A DNA stretch of 64,000 nt, taken from assembly GCA_963710755.1 (NCBI GenBank), contig CAVQBK010000003.1, positions 1,376,001 to 1,440,000 of the forward strand. Direction: 5' to 3'. Of this stretch, positions 1-8,471 are shown in pieces. The position numbers and the translations under genes are program-made. Every line of letters begins with the position of its first letter. The first letter of the stretch is position 1. The notes below the pieces were generated by a model. It did not search any database and had not been told where the DNA came from. It saw only the letters and a program-made list of their open reading frames with translations. The stretch comes from an uncultured bacterium (GTDB lineage: Bacteria > Oederibacteriota > JAAXVQ01 > JAUVAV01).

Positions 1-842
1 AAGTATCTCTTATTCTGGAGCGCCTGGGCGTGGAAGTGACGTGGCTCAATGCCGATGAGAGTAAGAATCTTGAAAAGCATATCAAATCCAATACCAGCAT
101 GGTGTTTTTAGAAACGCCCACAAATCCTTTATGCAAGATTATTGATATTGCTGCTGCCAGGCGCGCGGCGGATAAAGCAGACGCGCGCTTGATTGTTGAC
201 AACACCTTTGCCACTCCTTTTCACCAAAAACCGCTGGCCCTTGGCGCGCACCTGGTGGTGCATAGCGCCACCAAAGCCCTGGGCGGGCATAATGACTTGA
301 TGGCTGGGGCGATTGCCGGGCCCAAGGAAGACTACGATAAGCTTTGGTTCACCCGGCAGGCGATCGGATGCACCTTGGATGCATATTCCGCGTCATTGCT
401 GGAACGGGGCCTTAAAACTTTTGACTTGCGGGCTGAGCGGATGGCTGCTTCAGCCATGTCTGTGGCGGAATACTTGAATTCCGAGCCTTTAATCAACTGC
501 TTATTTTATCCAGGACTGGCGGGACATTTGGGACATATTCCAGCCAACGCGCAGATGAGCCGGGGTTTTGGAGGCATGATGGCGTTCAATGTTGGAGAAA
601 ACCAGGAGGATGCCAAACGATTTATTTCAGGACTTAAAGTCATCAAGCATGCCGTGAGCCTTGGGTCCACCGAGAGTTTGATCTGCATACCTTATTTGAC
701 CACGATGCTTTATCTGCCGCCCGAAAAAAGGCTGGGATTCGGCGTACAGGAAAACACAGTGCGCCTGTCCGTGGGCATTGAACCATCGGCGAAAATTATA
801 GACGATATTAAGCAAGCATTGCATAAGGTGAGACAAAAATGA
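1..842 (+). CDS. PLP-dependent trans-sulfuration enzyme (cystathionine gamma-synthase/lyase, methionine gamma-lyase family), 5'-partial
   Basis: Motifs ETPTNP, VDNTFATP, HSATKALGGH (PLP lysine), VSLG and VRLSVGIE. The frame is open back to the window edge. Confidence 0.92.
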   Translation, partial: VSLILERLGVEVTWLNADESKNLEKHIKSNTSMVFLETPTNPLCKIIDIAAARRAADKADARLIVDNTFATPFHQKPLALGAHLVVHSATKALGGHNDLMAGAIAGPKEDYDKLWFTRQAIGCTLDAYSASLLERGLKTFDLRAERMAASAMSVAEYLNSEPLINCLFYPGLAGHLGHIPANAQMSRGFGGMMAFNVGENQEDAKRFISGLKVIKHAVSLGSTESLICIPYLTTMLYLPPEKRLGFGVQENTVRLSVGIEPSAKIIDDIKQALHKVRQK

Positions 843-1726
843 ACGGGAAGCCTAAAGAAATAGTAGTCATCAGCGGCAAGGGAGGCACGGGCAAGACCAG
901 CGTTACTGCTTCGCTGGCCATATTGGCCAAAAATGCAGTGATTGCGGATTGTGATGTGGATGCCACTGACTTGCACTTGGTTTTATCGCCGAAAATAAAA
1001 GAGCGGCATGAATTCCGCAGCGGGCATGAAGCGGTTATTCGGCGCGAAGCATGTATTGGCTGCGGTCTTTGCCGGGAGTATTGCCGTTTTGGAGCAATCC
1101 AAACGGATTGCCTTGAGCTTGAGGAAAAAGAGGTTTATCGGGTTGACCCGGTTGCGTGCGAGGGCTGTGGCGTATGCGTGCGTTTTTGTCCGGAAAAGGC
1201 CATTGATTTTCCGGAAAGGCTGTGCGGGGAATGGATGGTGTCTGAAACCAGGATTGGACCCATGGTGCATGCCCGGCTGGGAGTAGCGGCTGAAAATTCC
1301 GGTAAACTGGTTTCCTTGGTCCGCCGTGAGGCCCGGCGCATCGCTGAGGAAGAAAAACGTCCGTACATCATTGTGGATGGGCCGCCCGGCATAGGTTGTC
1401 CGGTGATTGCCTCAATTGGTGGAGCTTCACAAGTATTGGTTGTCACCGAACCGACTGTATCCGGAGAGCATGATTTAGAGAGGGTTCTCTCCCTGGCGCG
1501 GCATTTTAATATCCCGGCGGCAGTTTGCGTGAACAAATGGGATATTAACCCGGAAATGACGAATAAAATTGAGGGCCAGGTGCGACGGTTAGGGGCGCGG
1601 ATCGCTGGGCGCATTCGTTACGATTCCTGCGTAACCCGGGCGCAAATGCAAGAGCAGGCGGTAGTAGAAACCGATGCGCCTTCGGCTATGGAATTTAGGG
1701 AACTATGGCATGAACTTAATTTGTAG
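839..1726 (+). CDS. MinD-superfamily P-loop ATPase with inserted 2x[4Fe-4S] ferredoxin domain (COG1149-like)
   Basis: SGKGGTGKT, DCDVD, CIGCGLCREYC, CEGCGVCVRFCP and DGPPGIGCP. ATGA overlap with the upstream stop. Confidence 0.92.
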   Translation: MNGKPKEIVVISGKGGTGKTSVTASLAILAKNAVIADCDVDATDLHLVLSPKIKERHEFRSGHEAVIRREACIGCGLCREYCRFGAIQTDCLELEEKEVYRVDPVACEGCGVCVRFCPEKAIDFPERLCGEWMVSETRIGPMVHARLGVAAENSGKLVSLVRREARRIAEEEKRPYIIVDGPPGIGCPVIASIGGASQVLVVTEPTVSGEHDLERVLSLARHFNIPAAVCVNKWDINPEMTNKIEGQVRRLGARIAGRIRYDSCVTRAQMQEQAVVETDAPSAMEFRELWHELNL

Positions 1727-1746
1727 AAGGGGAGAACAGATAAGAT

Positions 1747-3048
1747 ATGGAATGCATTGATCTTGAAAGTCTTTCCGAATATGCACGCGATCATGTATTG
1801 CATCCGAGGAACCTAGGCGCATTGGAAAAATACGATGGCCATGCCCGCATTACCGGGCCTTGCGGCGACACCATGGAATTTTGGGTGGCCATTAAAAAAG
1901 ACAAAGTTGAAAAAATATCATTCATTACAGACGGTTGCGGGCCTTCCCTGGCATGCGGGAGCATGGCCACCTGCCTGGCACGGGGCAAACGTGTTGAAGA
2001 CGCGTCTGCTTTACAGCAAAAGGATATTTTGGAAGCGATGCACGGTTTTCCTAAGGAACATGAGCATTGCGCGCTTCTGGCAGCTAATACTTTAAAAGCC
2101 GCATGCGAAGATTATATAGAAAAACAAAAAGGCGGACATATGCAATCTCACAGCACGGATAGCACCTGCAATACTTGTTCGGACAACGATTGTTCGGCAT
2201 CTAAACGTAAACCCGAAGAAAACGAAAAAGAATTTCAGGAACGACAAAAACTCCAGTCGCGGCTTTGCCGCATCCGGCACAAGGTGGTGGTGCTGTCTGG
2301 TAAAGGCGGTGTTGGTAAAAGCACGGTGGCTGTCAACTTGGCCACGGCCCTTATGTTGTCAGGAAAACGTGTAGGTTTGTTGGACGTGGATACTCATGGT
2401 CCGAGCATTCCAACCATGCTTGGTCTGGAAAAGGAGACACTTCAAACTGGAGATGATGGAATGATCCCGGTTGAACTGGGTGATATGAAAGTTATTTCCC
2501 TGGGATTTCTATTAAAAAGCCAGGACGAGGCTGTGATCTGGCGCGGGCCCATGAAGATGGGCGTTATACGGCAGTTTTTACAGGACGTGGAGTGGGGCGA
2601 TTTGGATTATCTGATTGTCGATTCTCCCCCGGGGACTGGGGACGAACCGCTTTCCATTTGCCAATTGCTCGAACCATTAGACGGCGCAGTGGTCGTGACT
2701 ACTCCGCAAAAAGTGGCTGCCGTGGATGTGCGCAAGTCCATCACGTTTTGCAAGAGTCTTCACGTGCCTGTGCTCGGGGTGGTTGAAAACATGAGCGGCT
2801 TTGTCTGCCCGAAGTGCGGGGAAATAACCGCGATATTGCCTGGGGGAGGAGGGAAACGCATTACAGAAGATATGCAGGTGCCGTTTTTAGCTTCGATACC
2901 CATGGACCCGAAAATCGCCGAGTCGTGCGACAATGGCCGGGCTTTTATCCACCATTTTGCTTCGACGCCCACAGCACAAATCATGCGGGATATTATCAAA
3001 CCGATTGCGGATTTGGATTTAGCAGAAATAACGGAAGAAAAAAACTAA
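1747..3048 (+). CDS. mrp: IscU/NifU-like scaffold domain fused to Mrp/NBP35 (ApbC) Fe-S carrier ATPase
   Basis: N-terminal HPRNLG, GPCGDTM, GCG and HCALLA are IscU-type Cys motifs. A Cys-rich linker follows, then SGKGGVGKS, WRGPMK, DSPPGTGD and CPKC (Mrp). Confidence 0.9.
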   Translation: MECIDLESLSEYARDHVLHPRNLGALEKYDGHARITGPCGDTMEFWVAIKKDKVEKISFITDGCGPSLACGSMATCLARGKRVEDASALQQKDILEAMHGFPKEHEHCALLAANTLKAACEDYIEKQKGGHMQSHSTDSTCNTCSDNDCSASKRKPEENEKEFQERQKLQSRLCRIRHKVVVLSGKGGVGKSTVAVNLATALMLSGKRVGLLDVDTHGPSIPTMLGLEKETLQTGDDGMIPVELGDMKVISLGFLLKSQDEAVIWRGPMKMGVIRQFLQDVEWGDLDYLIVDSPPGTGDEPLSICQLLEPLDGAVVVTTPQKVAAVDVRKSITFCKSLHVPVLGVVENMSGFVCPKCGEITAILPGGGGKRITEDMQVPFLASIPMDPKIAESCDNGRAFIHHFASTPTAQIMRDIIKPIADLDLAEITEEKN

Positions 3049-3067
3049 ATATTAAGGAGATAAAGTC

Positions 3068-3406
3068 ATGAAAATTGCGATTCCTTTAGCAGACGGGAAA
3101 TTAGCCATGCATTTCGGGCATTCTGGAAGTTTTGCGATGGTGGATGTGGACGAGGCAGGCAAAAAAACACTCAAACGTGAAGATATTGTGTCACCTCCGC
3201 ATCAGCCTGGGTTGCTGCCTCCGTGGCTGGCGGAACGGGGAGCGACTCTGATTATTGCAGGAGGCATGGGGCAGCGCGCTCAGGATTTGTTCGTTGCGCA
3301 GGGCATCAAGGTATTGGTGGGCGCGCCTGCGGAAACGCCGGAGAAAATTATTGCAGACTATTTTGCAGGAACGTTGCAATTGGGTGGAAATGTTTGTGAT
3401 CATTAA
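3068..3406 (+). CDS. NifB/NifX-family (FeMo-cofactor biosynthesis domain) protein
   Basis: MKIAIP, HFGH, IIAGGMG and C-terminal CDH. SD AAGGAG upstream. Confidence 0.9.
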   Translation: MKIAIPLADGKLAMHFGHSGSFAMVDVDEAGKKTLKREDIVSPPHQPGLLPPWLAERGATLIIAGGMGQRAQDLFVAQGIKVLVGAPAETPEKIIADYFAGTLQLGGNVCDH

Positions 3407-3424
3407 AAACAGGGAGTAAACGCG

Positions 3425-3772
3425 ATGCCCGTTGAAAAAAGTATGGCGGCGTATAAGCTGCATAAAAAGAATTGCGCGCAAAGTATCCTGGCTGGATTCC
3501 AACATTGGCATAATATTACAGAGGCCGAGATTGATAAGGCCAGGATGCTGGGCGCGGGCCGGGCGGAAAAAGGCGAATGCGGAGCATTACATGCCGCATT
3601 GTCGCTGGCGAAAAAGAGTGAGACGAAAAACATACTCCGCCAGGCTTTTCGGGAGAAAACGGGTTCTGAACAGTGCCGGGGAATTCGTGCTTTTAAGCGG
3701 ATGAACTGCGCAGAATGCGTGGAATTGGCTGCGACGATGCTGGCGCGGCAGGAGTATATGGATAAATCATGA
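3425..3772 (+). CDS. C_GCAxxG_C_C family putative redox-active protein
   Basis: Cys pattern NCAQSIL, GECGAL, GSEQC and CAECV. Confidence 0.75.
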   Translation: MPVEKSMAAYKLHKKNCAQSILAGFQHWHNITEAEIDKARMLGAGRAEKGECGALHAALSLAKKSETKNILRQAFREKTGSEQCRGIRAFKRMNCAECVELAATMLARQEYMDKS

Positions 3773-4179
3773 GCCGTTGTCCTGAAAGTCATTCCCAATG
3801 CTTAATGTGCGGAGAAGACAATCCCTGGTCGCTGCGGCTTGATTTTAAGGCTAATGCCGCGGGCGAGGTCAGTGCGGTTTTTCAAGCGCATGAAAAATTG
3901 CAAGGATATGCAGGCATCCTGCATGGCGGTGTCATCAGTGCGCTTTTGGATGCCGCTATGACGCATTGTTTGTTTAATCAAGGCATCCAAGGCTTGACAG
4001 CTGAGCTGCGGGTGCGCTTTTTAAAACCCGTCCCTTGGGAAACGCCGATTGAATTGAAAGCTAAACTAGATGAAGCCAGACCACCGCTCTACCAGGTGAA
4101 GGCGGAATTAAGGCAAAAAGGGATTCTTGTAGCTAAAGCACAAGCCAAATTTTTGGATCGCCCGGGTGTGTTGAAATGA
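3769..4179 (+). CDS. PaaI-family hotdog thioesterase
   Basis: CLMCGEDNP, QGYAGILHGGVISALLD and VRFLKPVP. ATGA overlap with the upstream gene. Confidence 0.9.
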   Translation: MSRCPESHSQCLMCGEDNPWSLRLDFKANAAGEVSAVFQAHEKLQGYAGILHGGVISALLDAAMTHCLFNQGIQGLTAELRVRFLKPVPWETPIELKAKLDEARPPLYQVKAELRQKGILVAKAQAKFLDRPGVLK

Positions 4180-4246
4180 TCAGCGAAATTGAGATAGCCG
4201 TGCTGTCGGATAATCAGGCATCAGAACCTCTGAAATCTGAATATGA
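4176..4246 (+). pseudogene. N-terminal stump of a probable MBL-fold metallohydrolase, cut by the adjacent mobile element
   Basis: The ATG overlaps the thioesterase stop and reads MISEIEIAVLSDNQASEPLKSEY. This resembles the I-x-x-L-x-DN...L-x-x-EHG start of MBL hydrolases found in such operons. The sequence then switches into the GGGGAC repeats. Confidence 0.55.
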
Positions 4247-4278
4247 GGGGACCCGATTAGGGGACCCGATTAGGGGAC
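4247..4278 (+). repeat. Tandem reiteration of the element end: (GGGGAC-CCGATTA)x2 + GGGGAC
   Basis: Read directly: 13-bp unit at 4247-4259 and 4260-4272, third GGGGAC at 4273-4278. Confidence 0.9.
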
Positions 4279-4359
4279 ATGTCTAACTTGAAACTATAGG
4301 CATGTCCTTTTTTTGTAAAAAAGTGAAATGAAAAAAGAAAAAGTCTGTCAAAAAGTATT

Positions 4360-5322
4360 ATGCCAAGACAGCCAAGATTGGATATCGAAGGTGGATTCTA
4401 TCATATAATTAATCGAGGGATAGAACGTCGAAAGATATTCAAAAAGCCAAAAGATTATAAAATGTTCATTCAAACACTGGGAGCTTTACTATTAGAAGAA
4501 GGACATAAGTGTTATGGGTGGGTATTAATGTCAAATCATTATCATTTATTAATAGAGCGGGGAGAACAACCATTATCCCGTTTTATGACTCGCCTTCAGA
4601 CTACATATGCTGGATACTTCAATAGAACATATCATCGGAATGGACGATTTTTTCAGAATCGTTATAAAGCAATATTATGTGACAAAGAAAGTTATTTTTT
4701 AGAACTGATCGCGTATATTCATTTGAATCCATTAAAAGCTGGGATGGTAAAAGATTTGGATGAATTGATAAATTATCGTTGGAGTGGCCATCGTGCGTTA
4801 TTAGGGCAAGAGAATAGGAAATGGCAAGAAATCAATGAGGCGTTAGGAAGATTTGGTAAAACGTATAAAGAAGCGCGAAGTAAATATATTCAATATTTGA
4901 AAAACAAAACAAAAGAGGAAAAGGATTTGTCAGGTGGAGGTTTAGTTCGAAGCGCGGGCAGTTTAAAAGTAGTAATTAAAAGAAAAAAAGACGAGAGGGA
5001 ATTATATGATAGTCGTATATTAGGAGATGGACAATTTGTAGAAACAGCCGCCAAAGTATTTGAAGAAAAAATAAATATTGAAAAAGAAATAAAAAATATA
5101 AATGAAGAAATGATTATAAAACAAGCAAGTTTAATATTTAATATAGCATATGAAGAATTAAAGAAACCAGGTCGTTCATTATCGCGTCGTGTTGTAAAAG
5201 CAAGAGCATTGATAATTTATATTAGTACAAAATATTTTAAAATTAAGCAAAATATATGGGTTCAATATTATAAAATAAGTTCAGCAGCTGTAAGTAAGTT
5301 GTTTTTATTGGGAGCACATTAG
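4360..5322 (+). CDS. REP-associated tyrosine transposase-like protein (Y1_Tnp) with C-terminal HTH-like extension
   Basis: MPRQPR, YHIINRG, HUH motif NHYHLL, catalytic YIHLNP and YRWS. One extra T near 5320 would extend the protein to ...EVRHVP-stop inside the right repeat. Confidence 0.9.
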   Translation: MPRQPRLDIEGGFYHIINRGIERRKIFKKPKDYKMFIQTLGALLLEEGHKCYGWVLMSNHYHLLIERGEQPLSRFMTRLQTTYAGYFNRTYHRNGRFFQNRYKAILCDKESYFLELIAYIHLNPLKAGMVKDLDELINYRWSGHRALLGQENRKWQEINEALGRFGKTYKEARSKYIQYLKNKTKEEKDLSGGGLVRSAGSLKVVIKRKKDERELYDSRILGDGQFVETAAKVFEEKINIEKEIKNINEEMIIKQASLIFNIAYEELKKPGRSLSRRVVKARALIIYISTKYFKIKQNIWVQYYKISSAAVSKLFLLGAH

Positions 5323-5388
5323 AGAAGGAAAATAGGGATACAGTGAATGAGTTTGTAAAGTTTGAAGTTAGACATGTCCCCTAATCGA

Positions 5389-5667
5389 CCGATTATTGCA
5401 CGCGAAAATGTTCCGGAGCGGGTACATGAGCTTTTTCCCAATAGTACGGTCTTTGGTATTTTTATTGGTGTGCCGATAAATCAACGCAATACCTTTGCCG
5501 TGCAACTGGAACCCACCAGAATAGAAATTTATCAAGAGAGCTTTGAGCAGATCTATGGTTCCGCCCCTTCGCCACAAATAAAAGATCAAATTGTACGCAC
5601 CGTTGTTCACGAAGTTGCTCATTATATGGGCTTCAATGAAAAAGAAGTCCGGCAACGAGGCTATTAG
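5389..5667 (+). pseudogene. 5'-truncated zincin-like metallopeptidase (Zincin_1/DUF1025 type)
   Basis: FGIFIGVP, PTRIEIY and TVVHEVAHYMGF (HExxH). The only upstream start (TTG 5362) lies inside the element's inverted repeat, so the native N-terminus is missing. Confidence 0.75.
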
Positions 5668-5807
5668 AGTTTGTATCCGGGTTATCTACGGCTTTTGCGT
5701 AGATCGGTCTTGTTGCGGAAACAGTTTTTATGATCTTAGCAAAACAGTCCTCTCCTCTTACACACGGGAGGATGTGATCCTCCTTCATGATTTCGGACGA
5801 CAGGGCA

Positions 5808-6044
5808 TTAACTGTTTTTTTCCAAGGAAATCGCGGCCGTCGGGCAGCTATCCACCGCCAAAACACAATCACAGGATTCACAATCACTTGGATTTCTAAC
5901 TATCGCGAATTTTTCCTTTACCGGCAGAAGTTTTGGGGAAATAATCCAGGCTTTGTTCTCCCGCATTTCGAAAACCTTCGGGCAAATTTCCACGCAAAGG
6001 GTGCAGCCGATGCAAAGATCGGGATCGACTTTTAAATAGGCCAT
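5808..6044 (-). CDS. Ferredoxin
   Basis: CIGCTLCVEICP and distal AVDSCPTAAI. Confidence 0.88.
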   Translation of the reverse strand: MAYLKVDPDLCIGCTLCVEICPKVFEMRENKAWIISPKLLPVKEKFAIVRNPSDCESCDCVLAVDSCPTAAISLEKNS

Positions 6045-6069
6045 GGTGGTCGCCTGCTTCCGGAAATAA

Positions 6070-7098
6070 TTATTGCGGCAAACCCGCTGTTATGATTTTT
6101 TGATGAGCAGCTTTAAAACTGATCAACTTTTTCGCTTCCTCGTCCCACAAGGCCAGTCGCAGGGATTTAAAACCCGACCTGAATGTGATGGGTTCAAGCT
6201 GATGAAGCTCGGGCACCTGGTCATAGCATGCTTTCAAGTTATAACAGGGAATCCTGGGTTTTAAGTGATGAAGGTTGTGATAGCCAATGTTTCCGGTCGT
6301 CCACCGTAGGATGCCGGGCAGTTTATAAAACGAAGCGCCTTTAACGGCCGCGATGATTAAATCCCAGTTCTCCTGGTGACTCCAATAAACATCTTCAAAC
6401 TGGTGCTGGATATAAAAGAGCCACATCCCAACAGGCGTAGCCAGCAACAGGATGGGGAGCTGTACGGCCAGGTAATGTTTAAGGCCCACTGTGGCCGAAG
6501 CACCCCAAATGATCAACACCAGCACCACGTCGGTAATCGCGATGCTAAAATAGTCCTTCCGGCGAGTGCTTTTTTGGGGGAAACGGTACATGACGGCAAA
6601 TAGGAACGGAGGGGCAACCAGGAAAAGGAAAAACGGATTTCGAAAAAAACGGTATTTCCATCTGGTCAAAAACCCGGCCGCGCAGTATTCTTGAAAAGTC
6701 ATGGTCCAAATATCTCCGGTGCCGCGCTTGTCCAGATTGGCGACATTGGCATGATGGTGGCCGTGGTTCCTCTGCCAGTCGAAAAAAGGCGTTAGTGTAA
6801 TGATCCCGCAAAGATGTCCCAAAAAGTAACTGAGGTTTTTTGAACCCCAAAAAGACAGATGCGAACAATCGTGTAAAATGATAAAAATACGGATGTAAAA
6901 GGCGGTGGCGGGAATTACCAGAACCCAAACCAACCAGATGGGAAATCCTTTTTCCAAAAGCACCAACATCGCAGACCAAAGGAATAAATAGGGTACCAAT
7001 GAGGTGAAAATATAAATCAGGGAACTAGTCCTATTGGGCAGGGCAAAAGGCTTCAATTTGTCAAACCAATCCGGCCGGTTCACTGGAGATTCTCCCAC
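6070..7098 (-). CDS. des: Membrane fatty acid desaturase (Bacillus Des-like)
   Basis: Three His boxes (HDCSH, HGHHH, HNLHH), TGNIGYH, PRIPCYNL and hydrophobic helices. Confidence 0.9.
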   Translation of the reverse strand: MGESPVNRPDWFDKLKPFALPNRTSSLIYIFTSLVPYLFLWSAMLVLLEKGFPIWLVWVLVIPATAFYIRIFIILHDCSHLSFWGSKNLSYFLGHLCGIITLTPFFDWQRNHGHHHANVANLDKRGTGDIWTMTFQEYCAAGFLTRWKYRFFRNPFFLFLVAPPFLFAVMYRFPQKSTRRKDYFSIAITDVVLVLIIWGASATVGLKHYLAVQLPILLLATPVGMWLFYIQHQFEDVYWSHQENWDLIIAAVKGASFYKLPGILRWTTGNIGYHNLHHLKPRIPCYNLKACYDQVPELHQLEPITFRSGFKSLRLALWDEEAKKLISFKAAHQKIITAGLPQ

Positions 7099-7288
7099 CT
7101 CGGCGCGGCTCTTAAGCCGGAAAACAATGAAAAAAGCAAACGCCGCAACAAGCTGCTGGTGAATGATTATCCGACATTACGCCTCACGATCATCCGAGGA
7201 ATTCACTCACATTAGCTAAATGGTACCAGCCCCAGACGCATCAATCAAGCCGTTTTATTGCGCCAAGAACAGAGAATAGGGGACGTTG

Positions 7289-7420
7289 TGATCTTCCCCC
7301 GAAAAAGTGGACACGACGTTACGCCACACTGCCGACTTTTTCAAACTCACCTGGGCTCAAATAGCCCAGTGTTGAGTTCGGCCGCCAATAATTGTAAAAC
7401 ATCTCGATGTACTCAAACAT
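7289..7420 (-). mobile_element. IS3-family right-end remnant (OrfB C-terminus plus terminal IR)
   Basis: The minus strand encodes FEYIEMFYNYWRPNSTLGYLSPGEFEK..., a typical OrfB tail. The terminus TGATCTTCCCCCGAAAAAGTGGACAC resembles the IS3 IR. Confidence 0.85.
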
Positions 7421-7490
7421 GGAAGCCGAAGGGGACGGACTTACTTAATAACCTATTGACATCATGAAGAGGCAATAGTAGTCCACGGCC

Positions 7491-7714
7491 ATGCCTCGAC
7501 AAGCGCGCATTGACACCCCAGGGTTATTACAGCACATCCTCAGCCGTGGCCTGGATCGGCGTAAGACATTTAAACCGCTGCTGACTATTATGATTTCCTC
7601 CAACGTATCGAAAGCAATCTTCCTAAATCTCCGAATCAACTATTAGCCTGGGCGCTCATGCCCAATCATTTTCATTTGCTTATTTGTGAGGACAAGCCAA
7701 TCAGGCTGTTCTAA
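7491..7714 (+). pseudogene. Second RAYT-like transposase, frameshifted N-terminal fragment
   Basis: MPRQARIDTPGLLQHILSRGLDRRKTF, then after a frameshift DYYDFLQRI...AWALMPNHFHLLI (HUH). An end motif GGGGACGGAC lies upstream at 7431. Confidence 0.85.
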
Positions 7715-8471
7715 TAGCTAATTCGACCTTGAGCTTGAGGTCACTATCGTTGGAAAAGCGGGGGCACCAGGTTCGAAACTCGTCCACTCGGCTCCGCTGA
7801 AGATTTAAGATAAAATGAAAACGATAATCATCCGTATAGCGCGATGACAATAAATATTGGTTGCGCTCTTTTCTCGCACGGTAGGGTCGCGGCGGGTTAA
7901 TATTTTGAAGCAAATCTGTTTTATCTCTCCTATTGCTTGTTCCTCTGTCAATTCCGGTATTATACCCCAGTACAATTGCTTAACAGATGATCTTCCCATG
8001 TAATAGAAGCACAGAGCTCGAGGTCCGGTAAAATACGACTTCAGCAGCGCGAGAAGAAGTCGTAAACCGTACAAGCGGCCATCAACTTTAGCTTAGGCGG
8101 CCCAGTGGAGCCTGGGAAAGGAGCCTTAAAAAAAACGAAGTCATTGGTTCTTTATAGCAACCGCGTGGCGGGGTATGCCTAGGCAATACCGGTTGGCCAC
8201 CATCGGAACAGGTGAGACGAGGCCGGCTGGGTCATAGCCGATAGACAAGGATACTAACTCGAAAGAAGCTCATGCCAACATGCGGAAATTTATCGAGGTG
8301 TTGTGAAATAGCCCCTTTGACTTTGGGAATGAAAAGAGCATGGGCGTGAAACTCGCAAAGAGTCTTTTGGGAGGAGAGAGAGCAGAAGTTGTCTTGAGTA
8401 ATAATGTTATTTTAGTTTAAAGGCGGTTAAAGGTTCAGTAATCCAAAAAATAATATGAAGGGAGAAATACC

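Larger units (their letters stand above)
4247..5387 (+). mobile_element. RAYT-like Y1 HUH transposase element bounded by 29-bp inverted repeats
   Basis: CGATTAGGGGACATGTCTAACTTGAAACT (4267-4295) matches the reverse complement of 5359-5387 at 28/29. The interior is AT-rich and both flanking genes are truncated. Confidence 0.85.

Noticed and set aside
1747-3406. Nitrogen fixation cluster (NifU- and NifB/NifX-like domains)
   Set aside because: No nifH/D/K/E/N genes are present. These domains are common in non-diazotroph ORP-type clusters.
7715-8460. Further transposase remnants
   Set aside because: The region looks degraded, but I could not read a convincing motif in any frame.
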